DNA of 63,224 bases, counting the filler, from Candidatus Ancaeobacter aquaticus (GTDB lineage: Bacteria; Auribacterota; Ancaeobacteria; Ancaeobacterales; Ancaeobacteraceae): NCBI GenBank assembly GCA_030765405.1. It is 5 parts of 5 records of this genome, joined end to end, with 100 filler letters (N's around TTAATTAATTAA, not from the genome) between each part and the next. Parts side by side here need not be neighbours in the genome. Positions count along the whole stretch, not along the records: positions 21,744 to 36,451 come from JAVCCP010000083.1; positions 36,552 to 40,937 come from JAVCCP010000074.1; 3 more parts are not named here. The stretch is one strand, 5' to 3'. The translations under genes were made by a program, and so were the position numbers. The notes below the pieces were generated by a model, which saw only the letters and a program-made list of their open reading frames with translations, did no database searches and was not told the DNA's origin. This document shows, piece after piece, positions 29,627 through 40,483 of the stretch (within the stretch, counting starts at the first letter, position 1; every line of letters starts with the position of its first letter).

Positions 29627-30582
29627 AATACCTCTTCTATGGTTTTTACGGGGATAGGTTCACCTTTTATGGATACTTTTACGTTTACCGGCTTTAGTTT
29701 AAGGAGTGTTATTCCTTTAGGCATACGTGTCTGTATAGGGAGCTCATAGTCTCCTTCTTTAACGTTTTCGATGTCTATGTAGCATACTATATCTTTTGCT
29801 TCAATTTTTGGAACAAGTGCATCTGAACCCGTAATTGTAATTTCAGCTCTGTCAGGGACTAATTTAACAAAATAACGATCCGTGGGAGATTGCATAATAC
29901 GTATCGATACATTTTTGAATTCTTTTTGTTTGGATAATTCTTTAATATAGATTGAAACATCAACAAATCCGTTGTAGGTAAACTCTCCAAGAATAGGCTC
30001 TGTTTTTGTTTTTTGTGAGAATGAATTGTTTCTTCCTGTAAGATCAATAGGGGAGGTGTTTATTTTTGACATTGCTTTTAGTATTGACTGTGGTCCCCGT
30101 ATTTTTACAATCGTAGGATTCGCAATAACTTCTTCTATCGCAAAACCTGATGACGGTTGGTTTTCAACTACCGGTTCAACTATGAGCTCTTTATTAATTA
30201 ACTTATCTATGCGTACAGTTATTTCTGATGGTTGAATTTTTGTAAGCCGTGTATTTTGCGGGATGTTGATGTTTTGAGGAAGCAGAGTAAAAGTACTATT
30301 CCCCGGCGTTGTGATATTTGAAAGATCTTTTTTTGCGACAATCTCGCTAAAATCAATATCGTTAATGGTCTCACGTGGCCCAATGAGTGTTATTGTAACG
30401 ATATCTGCGCTACTGTTTGTGATAACAAAATCATTATATAATGATATGGATATGGGGATATCTTTAACTACTTCAATATTCTCTTCTCCTGCAACGTAAA
30501 ACCAAATGAGAAGCGATAAAAGAAAAGCAGCAAATTTTGTCCAAAAGTTATTCAAGAGTAATTTCTTTAGTATGTGTGACAT
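29623..30582 (-). CDS. cdaR: CdaR / YbbR-domain regulator of diadenylate cyclase
   Basis: N-terminal TM helix plus repeated YbbR-like beta domains, located between cdaA and glmM. Confidence 0.88.
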   Translation of the reverse strand: MSHILKKLLLNNFWTKFAAFLLSLLIWFYVAGEENIEVVKDIPISISLYNDFVITNSSADIVTITLIGPRETINDIDFSEIVAKKDLSNITTPGNSTFTLLPQNINIPQNTRLTKIQPSEITVRIDKLINKELIVEPVVENQPSSGFAIEEVIANPTIVKIRGPQSILKAMSKINTSPIDLTGRNNSFSQKTKTEPILGEFTYNGFVDVSIYIKELSKQKEFKNVSIRIMQSPTDRYFVKLVPDRAEITITGSDALVPKIEAKDIVCYIDIENVKEGDYELPIQTRMPKGITLLKLKPVNVKVSIKGEPIPVKTIEEVL

Positions 30583-30585
30583 AGA

Positions 30586-31344
30586 TTATCCTTTTTTCTT
30601 TCCGGTAATCAATAATTCTTTGAGCTTTCTCTTTAGAAATGATTCGTCTATGTTTCGTGTAAGTTTATCCTCAAAAGCCATTGATATGATACCTGTTTCT
30701 TCAGAAATCGTCAGGACAAGGGCATCTGTTTCTTCGGTAAGACCTATTGCCGCTCTATGTCTGGTGCCAAGGCCTCTGGTTATATCAGTTTTTTCTGAGA
30801 GAGGGAGTAAACACGATGCTGCCGCAATACGGTTTTTCTGGATTATTACTGCTCCGTCATGTAATGGAGTAGTCGGCATAAATATAGTATTGAGTAGATC
30901 TGTAGTGATCTCAGCGTCTACAGATACGCCGGTATCAATATAATTTCTTAGGCCTGTCGAACGTTCAATTGCGATAATTGCCCCGATCTTTTTTTGTGAA
31001 AGAGAGGTTATGGTTGATGCAAGTTTATCGATAACTTCTTCCTCAATAATGTAGGGAGCAAAAAAAGGACGTTTTCCTAATTGTGCCAATATCTTTCGTA
31101 ATTCCGGTTGGAAAATGATAAGGCATGCAAGGATGAAAAAAGTAAATACTTTTGTGAGCAGCCAACTTATAGTGGTGAGGCCTAGTTTCTGCGCAATAAA
31201 AAATATAAAAACAAGTATAATAATGCCTTTTAAGAGCTGTATTGCTCTGGTTTGACGCAGGAGGAGAAATATGAAATAGAAGACGACAGTCATTACTGAG
31301 ATCTCTATTATTGGTTTGTAATAAAATGAAATAAAGTTCAGCAT
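30586..31344 (-). CDS. cdaA: Diadenylate cyclase CdaA
   Basis: IIFQPELRK, TPLHDGAVII, GLGTRHRAAIGLTE, ISEETG. Confidence 0.95.
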   Translation of the reverse strand: MLNFISFYYKPIIEISVMTVVFYFIFLLLRQTRAIQLLKGIIILVFIFFIAQKLGLTTISWLLTKVFTFFILACLIIFQPELRKILAQLGKRPFFAPYIIEEEVIDKLASTITSLSQKKIGAIIAIERSTGLRNYIDTGVSVDAEITTDLLNTIFMPTTPLHDGAVIIQKNRIAAASCLLPLSEKTDITRGLGTRHRAAIGLTEETDALVLTISEETGIISMAFEDKLTRNIDESFLKRKLKELLITGKKKG

Positions 31345-31368
31345 AATTTTCGCCTTACATGCTAACAA

Positions 31369-32220
31369 CTAATTGTTATTTAAAAGTTCCGAAAAAATAT
31401 CCAAGAATTCTTTTGTTTCTTTTACGTCGTGTACTCTTAAAATATGTGCGCCCTTGAGTGCTGCTACACCAATCGCGGCTAGTGAACCGATCAGCCGTTT
31501 TTTAGGGTTTTTCTCGCCCGTAATAGTTCCAATAAATGATTTTCGGGAAACGCCAATAGCAACTGGTCTTTTAAGCGAACCTAACATATTAAGTTTTTGC
31601 ATGATCTCGACATTGTGCGAGACGGTTTTCCCAAAACCAATACCTGGATCTATAATGATGCTATCTTCATTTATACCAGATTTTGTTAAAGATGAAATCC
31701 TTTTTTTAAAATATGTTTCGATTTCTTGTATAACATTTTTATAATGGGGTTTGGTTTGCATTGTCCGAGGCGTGCCTTTTCGATGCATGAGAATGACCGG
31801 GCAGTCATATGCTTTTACAATTTTACTCATGCGGGGGTCATCTGTTAATGCGCTGGTATCATTGATTATGTGCGCTCCGTGCTTTAGTGCTTCTCCTGCA
31901 ACGACCGATTTAGTCGTGTCTATAGAGAGGGGAATAGAAAGTTTTTTTGTTAATCTTTCTATGATTGGAATGACGCGGGATAGTTCGGTTATTACTGATG
32001 CGGGTTCTGCGCCCGGGCGCGTTGATTCCCCGCCAATATCGATTATGTCTGCGCCTTCTTTTTGCATTCGTATGGCATGTGCGAGTGCTTTCTCAGGGTC
32101 AGTGAATTTGCCTCCGTCTGAGAAAGAATCAGGAGTACTATTCAGTATTCCCATAATGAGGGGACGATCAAAATTAAGCGTGCACGTTTGAGAACGGATA
32201 GTATAACTTTTTTGTGCCAT
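31369..32220 (-). CDS. folP: Dihydropteroate synthase
   Basis: MGILNSTPDSFSDGG, DIGGESTRPG, SIDT, IDPGIGFGK, GVSRKSF, RVHDV. Confidence 0.96.
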   Translation of the reverse strand: MAQKSYTIRSQTCTLNFDRPLIMGILNSTPDSFSDGGKFTDPEKALAHAIRMQKEGADIIDIGGESTRPGAEPASVITELSRVIPIIERLTKKLSIPLSIDTTKSVVAGEALKHGAHIINDTSALTDDPRMSKIVKAYDCPVILMHRKGTPRTMQTKPHYKNVIQEIETYFKKRISSLTKSGINEDSIIIDPGIGFGKTVSHNVEIMQKLNMLGSLKRPVAIGVSRKSFIGTITGEKNPKKRLIGSLAAIGVAALKGAHILRVHDVKETKEFLDIFSELLNNN

Positions 32221-32265
32221 TTTTGATAAGAAGTAAAAGTTTATGAGTTTGGTAATGCTACAGTG

Positions 32266-34236
32266 TTATTCGGTTTCTCCGGCAATGTCTATATCGTTTA
32301 TTTGTATCACATCACTTTTTTCAGTTTCATCTGCGATTTCAGCTTCGTTTTTGTCTGGTTTAATATCTTTCACAGGTTCTGGCGCTTTTGGAGCGAGTGG
32401 TTCATTGTTAACGATTTTTGTGATATCAGGGCCAGAGAGAACCTCTCGTTCAAGTAAAGACTCAGCTATTATAATAAGCTTGTCCTTATTATCTGCAAGA
32501 AGTTTCTTTCCGCGATTGTATGACTCATCAATAATCTTTTTTATTTCTTTATCGATTTCAACCGCGGTAGATTCACTATAGTCTACGTTTCGTGACATCT
32601 CTTTGCCGAGGAATATATGCTCTTGGCGTTCACCAAATGTCATAGGGCCCATTTTTTCACTCATTCCCCATTCACACACCATCATACGCGCAAATCGTGT
32701 GGCGACTTTAAGGTCGTTGTGTGCACCGGATGTAATGTCTCCGATGATCATTTCCTCTGCTATTCTTCCGCCCATCATGCCGCATATTTGACCGAGGATC
32801 TTCTTTTTTCCTTCGAGATATTTATCTTTTTCCGACAATTGCATTGTTGCTCCGAGATAGGCAATACCACGAGGAATAATAGTGACTTTGTGTAGTGGTT
32901 CTACTTCTTCAAGAAGTTCAAGGATGAGTGCGTGACCTGCTTCATGGTAGGCAATAATCTTTTTTTCCTCATCATCGATCTTTCTTGAACGTCTTTCTCG
33001 GCCCCATTTTACTTTATCTCGCGCTTCTTCTAATTCTGCAATGGTGACAGCCTTTTTGCCGTGTCGTGCAGCTAAAAGTGCTGCTTCATTAATAAGGTTT
33101 GCAAGATCAGCCCCGGAAAATCCAGGTGTGCCTCGGGCAATGATTTGCAAATCAACACCTTTTGCAAGGACAATTTTTTTAGCGTGTACTTTAAGGATAC
33201 AATCTCTTCCAACTAGATCAGGAAGGTCAAGGACTACTTGTCTATCAAATCGACCTGGTCTCAGAAGCGCAGGGTCAAGCACATCGGGTCTATTGGTTGC
33301 CGCGATCATTATGACACCTTGATTTGTGTGAAAACCGTCCATTTCAACTAATAATTGGTTAAGTGTTTGTTCTCGTTCATCATGGCCACCGCCAATACCC
33401 GCTCCGCGATGTCTTCCTACCGCATCAATTTCATCCATAAAGATAATGCATGGTGCCTGTTTCTTACCTTGCTCGAAGAGATCTCTTACTCGTGAAGCAC
33501 CAACTCCGACAAACATTTCAACGAAGTCCGAGCCGCTGATTGAGAAAAATGGGACATCAGCTTCACCTGCAATAGATTTTGCTAAAAGTGTTTTTCCTGT
33601 TCCCGGAGGACCAATCAGGATAAATCCTTTAGGGATTCTTCCACCCAATTTTTGGAACTTTTTTGGTTCTTTCAAAAAATCGACAATTTCTAATACTTCT
33701 TCCTTTGCTTCTTCAATACCCGCAACATCTTTAAATGTTATACGGTCTTTTTCTTTGTCTTTGTTCATAAGTTTTGCACGGCTCTTTCCAAAACCAAGAG
33801 CTCCTTTACCCATACCTTTCATTTGACGATAAATGAAAAACCAGAGAAAAAAGACAAGGAGTAGCGGCGGTAAGATGGTAAATATAATATTTGAAATAAA
33901 GGTGTTTGAACGCTTTATAACAACATCAACATTGTTTTTATCAAGTAGTTCCGGTAGGGTTGTGTCTCCGGGAAACGTATTAACTTTATAATGTGCGCCA
34001 TCAACTAACTGTCCTTCGGCGGTGACATTCCCTTCCATGAGATTGAATGTTCTTACCTGTCCGGCGACAACAGCGTTTTTAAATTGAGTGTAGGTAATAT
34101 TCTTGTCCTGGTTTTTTTGAAATCCCTTCATTTGGAGTAATACAAGGGTAGCAATAATGACTATAATCCATAATACCATTGGTTTTAAAGCTGCCTTTGG
34201 TAATTTAGGTGAAACGTTCTTCTTTTTTTGTGCCAT
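32266..34236 (-). CDS. ftsH: ATP-dependent zinc metalloprotease FtsH
   Basis: [34 protein letters not shown]; canonical tilS-ftsH-folP context. Confidence 0.97.
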   Translation of the reverse strand: MAQKKKNVSPKLPKAALKPMVLWIIVIIATLVLLQMKGFQKNQDKNITYTQFKNAVVAGQVRTFNLMEGNVTAEGQLVDGAHYKVNTFPGDTTLPELLDKNNVDVVIKRSNTFISNIIFTILPPLLLVFFLWFFIYRQMKGMGKGALGFGKSRAKLMNKDKEKDRITFKDVAGIEEAKEEVLEIVDFLKEPKKFQKLGGRIPKGFILIGPPGTGKTLLAKSIAGEADVPFFSISGSDFVEMFVGVGASRVRDLFEQGKKQAPCIIFMDEIDAVGRHRGAGIGGGHDEREQTLNQLLVEMDGFHTNQGVIMIAATNRPDVLDPALLRPGRFDRQVVLDLPDLVGRDCILKVHAKKIVLAKGVDLQIIARGTPGFSGADLANLINEAALLAARHGKKAVTIAELEEARDKVKWGRERRSRKIDDEEKKIIAYHEAGHALILELLEEVEPLHKVTIIPRGIAYLGATMQLSEKDKYLEGKKKILGQICGMMGGRIAEEMIIGDITSGAHNDLKVATRFARMMVCEWGMSEKMGPMTFGERQEHIFLGKEMSRNVDYSESTAVEIDKEIKKIIDESYNRGKKLLADNKDKLIIIAESLLEREVLSGPDITKIVNNEPLAPKAPEPVKDIKPDKNEAEIADETEKSDVIQINDIDIAGETE

Positions 34237-34375
34237 AGAATACACTCCTTAAAAGTTTTCTTGTGAAGCGATTACTATAGCATACTATATATATTTTACA
34301 AACTATTTTATGTGGATGAAATTAATCGGATGTAATGATCTATGATGTTGTAGGGTAGAGTGTTACAGGATGACT

Positions 34376-35839
34376 CTAAAGTGATTCAACGGTGATTTTG
34401 AGGATTTTTTTTGTGTGAGTGGTAATTTTATGCTTATTTCCAATTCTGTACCCGATTATCCAAACAATAGTATTCTGGCTATCAACTAAAAGGGGAATAT
34501 GGTCACGTAATGAAAGAGGGACTTTTTCGTTAATAAATATATCTTTTACTTTTTTTGCGTGAGATGAGCCAATAGGGGTAAAGGTGTCGCCTTCTTTTCG
34601 TGTTCGTATAGATAGGGGAAGGGGTAATGTGTCTGCATCGAGATATTCGGTGAATGTATGGGAAACAGGCGAAAATTGTGTTTCTGATCTTTCTTTTTTC
34701 AGAGCAGTCTCGTTTGCATCTTTCTTTCTATCATATAGTTTCGTTTCGCAAGAGATAGAAAGTTTCTTGCAGTGTGATATGCCAGGTATTGTTATTGTTG
34801 CGTGTGAGGATGTGTTTTTTTGTTGCGGATGAACCCTTTTTTGTAAGACTACTGAATCGAATTCTTTTTGAATAAAGATCGATCCGGGTATAAGAAGTTT
34901 TTTGCCGCTTTGAGTGTTTGTTATCAGCCCAATAATTTGATTTATATGTGATGCATGAATGCCGGTAAGATTCCTTTTTACCGTAAAAATACTTTTGCGA
35001 AGGATTTCTTTCTGCAGTGCTAGATGGACTGTCAGAAAACGTTTTATATCAATAGTTAGCTTTTCAGGTGAGTGTATTGTCGCAATTGTCTTAAATTCTG
35101 TCTGAGCTTGAGTTGTTATAAAATTCTTTATAGCGGTACTATTTTCAATGTTTGCGTGGATTGTTTCTTTAATATTTGGGTTAAAATCTTTTTCCAGTAG
35201 AGGGATAAGCGTATGTCTGATCTTGTTTCTGGTGAAAGTAGTATCAAAGTTAGAATCATCTGTTCTATATGAAATGTGTTCTTCTTCTAGAAGGCAGAGG
35301 AGATCTTTTTTCCATAGATTAAGAAGCGGCCTTATTATAGTGCATGATGCGCTTTTTCTTTTTGCGGGAATTCCTGATAGACCGTGGGTAGTACCTCTCA
35401 TAAAATTAAACAGCACAGTTTCAACATTGTCGTCGGCTGTATGCGCAAGCGCAATTATGGTGCATTTGTGGTGTTTTGCGGCACGTTCAAAGAACGCGTA
35501 TCGCTCGTTGCGAGCAGTTTCCTCTATGCTTTTCTTTGTCTTTTTTGAAAGTGAAGTAATATTTTTTGAATCGGTGTAAACAGGTATTGCCAATTTCTTC
35601 GCAATGTTTCTTACAAATTGTTCGTCTTCATCACTGCTTTTTCCTCTGAGCTTGTGGTTCAAGTGCGCAATAAAGAGCGAAATATTGAATTCTTTTTGCA
35701 GTTCATTAAGGAGTGTTAGCAATGCTACTGAGTCTGGGCCACCAGATAGTGCAACGAGAACTCTGTCATTTTTGGTAAACAAACCCTGAGCTGTTATTGT
35801 CGAACGAATAGATTGTAATAAAGAGAATTTCTTTTTCAT
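34376..35839 (-). CDS. tilS: tRNA(Ile)-lysidine synthase
   Basis: VALSGGPDS, HLNHKLR, ARNERY, AHTADD, IIRPLL, DDSN, RNKIRH. Confidence 0.96.
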   Translation of the reverse strand: MKKKFSLLQSIRSTITAQGLFTKNDRVLVALSGGPDSVALLTLLNELQKEFNISLFIAHLNHKLRGKSSDEDEQFVRNIAKKLAIPVYTDSKNITSLSKKTKKSIEETARNERYAFFERAAKHHKCTIIALAHTADDNVETVLFNFMRGTTHGLSGIPAKRKSASCTIIRPLLNLWKKDLLCLLEEEHISYRTDDSNFDTTFTRNKIRHTLIPLLEKDFNPNIKETIHANIENSTAIKNFITTQAQTEFKTIATIHSPEKLTIDIKRFLTVHLALQKEILRKSIFTVKRNLTGIHASHINQIIGLITNTQSGKKLLIPGSIFIQKEFDSVVLQKRVHPQQKNTSSHATITIPGISHCKKLSISCETKLYDRKKDANETALKKERSETQFSPVSHTFTEYLDADTLPLPLSIRTRKEGDTFTPIGSSHAKKVKDIFINEKVPLSLRDHIPLLVDSQNTIVWIIGYRIGNKHKITTHTKKILKITVESL

Positions 35840-36327
35840 AATACCATGTTTATTACGTAGAATAGCTATATTGGGTGGTAATTGCAATAACTATTGCTTT
35901 AAAAAAGTCCATTTTTGCCCCAAATGGCGGATAAGGATTTAAAAACATCTAAAGTTAACCAAAAAGATATAAATGAGATGAGTTTGTAATGATAATGCGG
36001 GTTTCTCGCTCATAAAACCAAAACCCGCCGTAATAATTCATTCAAAGAAAGTGGAGACAGTAATCCTGTTGGTTGTTTATAGGTTGTTTAAATTGATGAG
36101 ATTTATGCATGAGGTCCTTCGTGTATTATTTTGTAAAACAAACCATAATGAGGATATTTGTGGAACAGTTTTAAAAATAATTGTCTGGCATGAGACACAA
36201 CCAGCTCTGCAACTTTTTGCAGCAATTCCGCAACAAAGTATTTTAACCCACCATAAGTCATTCTATTTACGATATTTTAGTGGTAAACGCCTTGTTTGAG
36301 CAAATTCGTATTGACGTTGAAGTATTA

Positions 36328-36361
36328 TTGACATAAAAACTGATACATATATAATGTATCA
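36328..36361 (+). promoter_or_regulatory. Consensus sigma70 promoter overlapped by a palindromic operator
   Basis: TTGACA-16 nt-TATAAT; TGATACAT-atata-ATGTATCA overlaps the -10 box. Confidence 0.75.
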
Positions 36362-36383
36362 TATATAGGAAAGGAGGGTCTGT

Positions 36384-36451
36384 ATGAGGAAGAGGTTAAA
36401 GATGTCGGCAGAGGAAAAGAAGGCCGTTTCCCGCATTCACTGGCTGATAAA
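36384..36451 (+). CDS. 5' end of an unidentified gene cut by the contig end (MRKRLKMSAEEKKAVSRIHWLI...)
   Basis: Strong RBS AAGGAGG and promoter; frame open to the contig edge. Confidence 0.6.
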
Positions 36452-36551
36452 NNNNNNNNNNNNNNNNNNNNNNNNNNNNNNNNNNNNNNNNNNNNTTAAT
36501 TAATTAANNNNNNNNNNNNNNNNNNNNNNNNNNNNNNNNNNNNNNNNNNNN
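36452..36551. other. Artificial contig linker
   Basis: N44-TTAATTAATTAA-N44. Confidence 0.98.
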
Positions 36552-36780
36552 ACTCCATACATGGGATCCACAGCAATCTTACCTAAATAGCTACGAATAA
36601 ATAGTTTCCCCGGATAGTTTGTGATAAAATGCTTCAGATAAAAGATTTTTTTTAAGAGACTTGATTTTTCAAAAGTGAATTCGGGGGACATTTTGAGCTA
36701 ACCCGGGTTTAACGGACGGGTTAATTATGAGACAGCTTAATTATTGCAATCTCGTCATTGATACACATATTATTGCCTGA
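36552..36780 (+). repeat. Dispersed non-coding element, copy 1 (starts at the contig edge)
   Basis: 36552-36601 identical to 40842-40891; about 130 nt highly similar to 60509-60639; 40-nt block 36736-36775 identical to 60660-60699. Confidence 0.9.
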
Positions 36781-36818
36781 AGGGGGGACACCACAATGTG
36801 TCCTTATTTATAAAGGGC

Positions 36819-37049
36819 TTAAAAAATCGCTTTTTTATCTCTTCTAGAACTATCTTTAGATTTTTTCATTATTATTTCGCCATCAGGCATTAGATAGTAA
36901 ATTCTTCCTTGTAAAGAAAAAGGGGATGGTATACCCAGTCTTTTGTTTTCTTCCAATACTTTATGAGATGCTTCACACGCTTTTGATGTAATGTCTGTAA
37001 AATTTTTGTAAGTTTTTAGAGAAATATTCTTATTTGCAGGTTTTCGCAT
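36819..37049 (-). CDS. Small protein coupled to the zeta-toxin-like gene (putative antitoxin)
   Basis: RBS AAGGAGG inside the upstream gene, overlapping start; EENKRLGIPSPF..GRIYYLMPDGEI resembles small partners of zeta-like ATPases. Confidence 0.6.
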   Translation of the reverse strand: MRKPANKNISLKTYKNFTDITSKACEASHKVLEENKRLGIPSPFSLQGRIYYLMPDGEIIMKKSKDSSRRDKKAIF

Positions 37050-37605
37050 ATTGTAAAGCCTCCTTGAATTTTTCAAATTCACAAATATCAATTATATTAA
37101 TTATGTTGTTATTTCCAACAACAATATTTTTATATTGAAATTCATTATTATTAACAATTGCCCACTCATCAGCATAGTTTTTATATATGTTCCAAAAATT
37201 CAATAAACTCCTATAATAACGTCTTATTACATCATTATCTTCAACTAAATGACCGCCTTTTTTAACGCGCTCTATAATCCTTTCTATAAATAATTCTGTT
37301 GGATAGGCAAAAAGATAAAGTATAACAATTTCGTAATTATTTTTCTTTAACTGATAAAATCTTTTCCTTAAACCCAGTCCAGACATAGTAGTTTCAAAAG
37401 AAAAGCTTGTTTTTTTTGAAATAAGTTCATCTATTGATAAAAGAGCTTTTTTGCCGGCCGCAACAGATGATAATTTCTCTTTCACTTTAATTTCATCTGC
37501 ATTAACAAATCTCATATTTGATTCTAGAATACTGTTAGCAAGCGTAGTCTTCCCACTTCCGTTTGCTCCTGAAAAAAGTATAACTTTTTACCTTTTAGTA
37601 ATCAT
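37030..37605 (-). pseudogene. Zeta-toxin-like P-loop protein with an in-frame stop at codon 6
   Basis: ATG ATT ACT AAA AGG TAA then LFSGANGSGKTT, FVNADEI, SFETT, RVKKGGH..DVIRRY in the same frame. Confidence 0.75.
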
Positions 37606-37766
37606 AATACCCTACAATTGTCGTTAGCGTAACTATAAGCATACAATGGGATCAAATCTTTATTCTTAAAAATCTTAGCAGTTTATTTGTTTGATATTCC
37701 TGGTAAAAAAAATAGACTTGGCACCCATTGTCATTATTATCTATTTAAATGATAAAATTAATCTGT

Positions 37767-38837
37767 TTATTTGTCATTTGATTGTTTTTTATTGTATTCT
37801 CCTTGTGATTGTTGGGAGTTTTGTTGCATTTGTTTTGCTTCGGGTGGATAGGTTACTGTTTTTACTGCTATATTTTGTACCTTTTGGTATGCATCTTCCA
37901 GCTGATGTGATAATTTCGAAATTTGCTCCTTCTGTTCTTTTGTAGCGCGCTCAAGTGATTCAATTTTTGCGATTGCTACATTTTTTTCACCCTCATATGT
38001 TTTCTTTAAAAGCTCTTCCCTATTTTTTGATTCTGATTGCAATCTATCTGTTGTTTCTTTGATTGCTTTATTAACCATTGTATCGATTTCCTTTGGAAAG
38101 CTATCTACCTTCTTTTGCAAATCATGAAATTCTTGTTCTTTTTCGAGTATATATTTTTCTCTTTCATCTAATTGTTTCTCTGCCTCTTCCTTAGTAGCTA
38201 GTATTTCTCTTTCGCGTTTTTCTTTTTCATCTTCAAACTTATCTTTTGCTATTTGTTGTTCCCTTTTGAATGTATATTCATATTCTTCCTTCTTTCTTTG
38301 TCTCGTCCTCGAGTCATCTATTTCCTGCGCTTTGATTTTTTCCTCGCGTTGAATTCTCTCATTTTGTTGTTCATCTCTCATTTTTTCTAATTCTTTATTA
38401 AATTCCTCCCCTTTATCATCCATCTCCTGCTCAAACTCTTGTCTTTTTACCGATTGAGATTCAATCAATGCAGCTAATGTTTGTGCATTTTTATCTATTT
38501 CGTATATTTCCTTGAGTTCTCTATTTTTATTTTCAATGGCTCCCTTGACATTTCTGTATTTATTAACCTCTTCTTCTAATCTATCGGACAGCTCGATCAA
38601 CATTTTACCGATTTCTGCCCTTAGATCTCCGATACATTTAACTACACTTTCTGAAGATATAGAGTCCGCAACGGAAAGAATCTCATCAGTTTTTATTTTT
38701 AAGGTCATTTCCGCGGGTCTTAATTCCAGCTGATCCTTTTCTTGAAGCTGTTTGAGAATTTCTTCGTACGAATTTAACATTTCCTGTTTAGTATTAGACA
38801 TCGAAATCTTTTTTTGGGGTGTTTTCTTTTCTACCAT
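37767..38837 (-). CDS. Long coiled-coil protein of unknown function
   Basis: 356-aa E/K/Q-rich heptad pattern. Confidence 0.8.
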   Translation of the reverse strand: MVEKKTPQKKISMSNTKQEMLNSYEEILKQLQEKDQLELRPAEMTLKIKTDEILSVADSISSESVVKCIGDLRAEIGKMLIELSDRLEEEVNKYRNVKGAIENKNRELKEIYEIDKNAQTLAALIESQSVKRQEFEQEMDDKGEEFNKELEKMRDEQQNERIQREEKIKAQEIDDSRTRQRKKEEYEYTFKREQQIAKDKFEDEKEKREREILATKEEAEKQLDEREKYILEKEQEFHDLQKKVDSFPKEIDTMVNKAIKETTDRLQSESKNREELLKKTYEGEKNVAIAKIESLERATKEQKEQISKLSHQLEDAYQKVQNIAVKTVTYPPEAKQMQQNSQQSQGEYNKKQSNDK

Positions 38838-39050
38838 AACTGCATCCTTTCTTTTTTTATATTTTTGCGGCTTATATATTCAATATCCTGTGCTGGGTTA
38901 TAATAATATCTAAGATTATGGCTGAAAGGCAAGAAAAAGTATAAGTTAATATTATTTAAAGGTTATATAAAATTTAATTATTTCGAAGAACAGAGTGCAC
39001 GATATGGGCTTAAAGCTCCCGGCTACCTGTGCTTTTAAATTGTTTTTGTC

Positions 39051-39511
39051 TTACCCCGGTTCACTCAGTTTCAGAACATTTTCTTTTGTGAATATCTCAA
39101 TATCCGACGGGTTTTCAAGGAAATTTCCAACATCTCCCTTAACCTTTTTCCAATCTGCATCTTGAACAGTGTTATATAAAAACGATCTCCAATTATCTTG
39201 TGATAAGACATCCCCTTTCCATCCTGTCTGAGACAATGCATTATTCAGAAGCGCTAAGTTTGGGACTATGTCTTTCCATTTAGAAAAATACCAGCCAATA
39301 TCAAAGTAATCCCTGCCTTTAGTGTATTTTCTGTTCAGCAGTGCATGCAATTTACCTGCAAATAATGATGGTAAATCATACGTCAGAAACGCAATGGGAA
39401 AATATTTATTAACAATAGATGTTTCCAGCACGCTACCTTGTGGAGGCTTTGTATCAACTTTGATGTATAGCCTTCCCGAGAAGCCGCTAACTCTAAAACA
39501 TACTCTTTCAT
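39051..39511 (-). pseudogene. abiEii: AbiEii-family nucleotidyltransferase toxin with an internal deletion and frameshift
   Basis: ATG overlapping the abiEi stop gives MKEYVLELAASREGYTSKL, then a different frame carries KVDTKPPQG...LFAGKLHALLNR..KGRDYFD; no GGT/SEDLDF core. Confidence 0.75.
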
Positions 39512-40146
39512 AATGTTTTTTCATCCTTTTTGTATCGTACAATGTATTTTTCTATCATTCGGACAGCATCAAACAGTGACTTTTTATCATACCTCTTTGC
39601 ATATTGAGCTAAAATATCAAGGTCGATCTTTTCAACGTTTTGCAGTCGCATTTCATTGAGGTAATCAAGTGTTACCCTTATTTTCTTCAAATAGAAAAAA
39701 TCTAACAGGGCTTTTTCTGGTGAGGCAATAAATGCTGTCTGTTTATTCATACATACCGTTTTATACCCCCAGAAAAGAGAGCTCTTTATATGCCGATAAT
39801 CATACACACCAACTTTTGTTATGAACTTACCCTGTCTTTTTGTGGTTACCGATGTATATACCGAAACACCTTCCGGGATCAAATCATGATACTCTAAAGC
39901 CTTCTCTAAACTAATATAGGAAGGGCTGATCAATGCCGATGCGACATAAGGCTCGAACAAATCGATTTTTCGATAGGGTTCCGCGAGGAGATACATCCCC
40001 CGCTTTAATTGAATTAGTTTACCGGTTTTCTGCCATCGACTAAACTGTACCTCTACAGCATTAACGGAAGAAGCCCCCGGTAAGAAAAGCTTCTTGTTTA
40101 CTATAGGTAGTTTACCTGCAATTTTAATAAAATCTTCCCATTTCAT
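39508..40146 (-). CDS. abiEi: AbiEi-family (type IV TA) antitoxin / transcriptional regulator
   Basis: LIQLKRGMY, PSYISLEKALEYHDLIPE, TSVTT, YDYRHIK, IASPEKALLDFFY. Confidence 0.88.
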   Translation of the reverse strand: MKWEDFIKIAGKLPIVNKKLFLPGASSVNAVEVQFSRWQKTGKLIQLKRGMYLLAEPYRKIDLFEPYVASALISPSYISLEKALEYHDLIPEGVSVYTSVTTKRQGKFITKVGVYDYRHIKSSLFWGYKTVCMNKQTAFIASPEKALLDFFYLKKIRVTLDYLNEMRLQNVEKIDLDILAQYAKRYDKKSLFDAVRMIEKYIVRYKKDEKTL

Positions 40147-40350
40147 ACAATTATCTTATCATATATGTTAAGATATTGCAATACAAATGTTGAGATTATT
40201 CAAAATAAATCAGTAAGTCGTAAATCGGGACACTCTTTTTATGTCTTTTTATAGCAAGGTATTGAAACGAAATTCCGCAAAACTGGCAGACAGCGATTGG
40301 ATTTGCGCGGTTTAAAGACTGTAGATATCGGATTATATGTTAGTACATTG

Positions 40351-40406
40351 GCAGGGCTTCCGCCACAAAGCGACGGCGGATCTGTCCTACGGCTGCAAAG
40401 CCCTGC
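40351..40406. repeat. Nested REP-like palindrome
   Basis: Outer stem GCAGGGCTT/AAGCCCTGC, inner stem TCCGCC/GGCGGA. Confidence 0.6.
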
Positions 40407-40483
40407 GCTACATTCTGTTTAAAAAGACTTTTCCTACAAAGAAAAGTATCGATAAGAAGTTTATAAAGTGCTATAATACACTT

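Noticed and set aside
36500..36691. Minus-strand ORF MSPEFTFEK...DPMYG
   Set aside because: Runs into N padding and lies inside the dispersed repeat; no recognisable domain, although a decayed coding origin cannot be excluded.
37588..37590. Stop-codon reassignment or readthrough explaining the zeta in-frame TAA
   Set aside because: TAA terminates many bona fide genes in the window; a simple nonsense mutation is more parsimonious.
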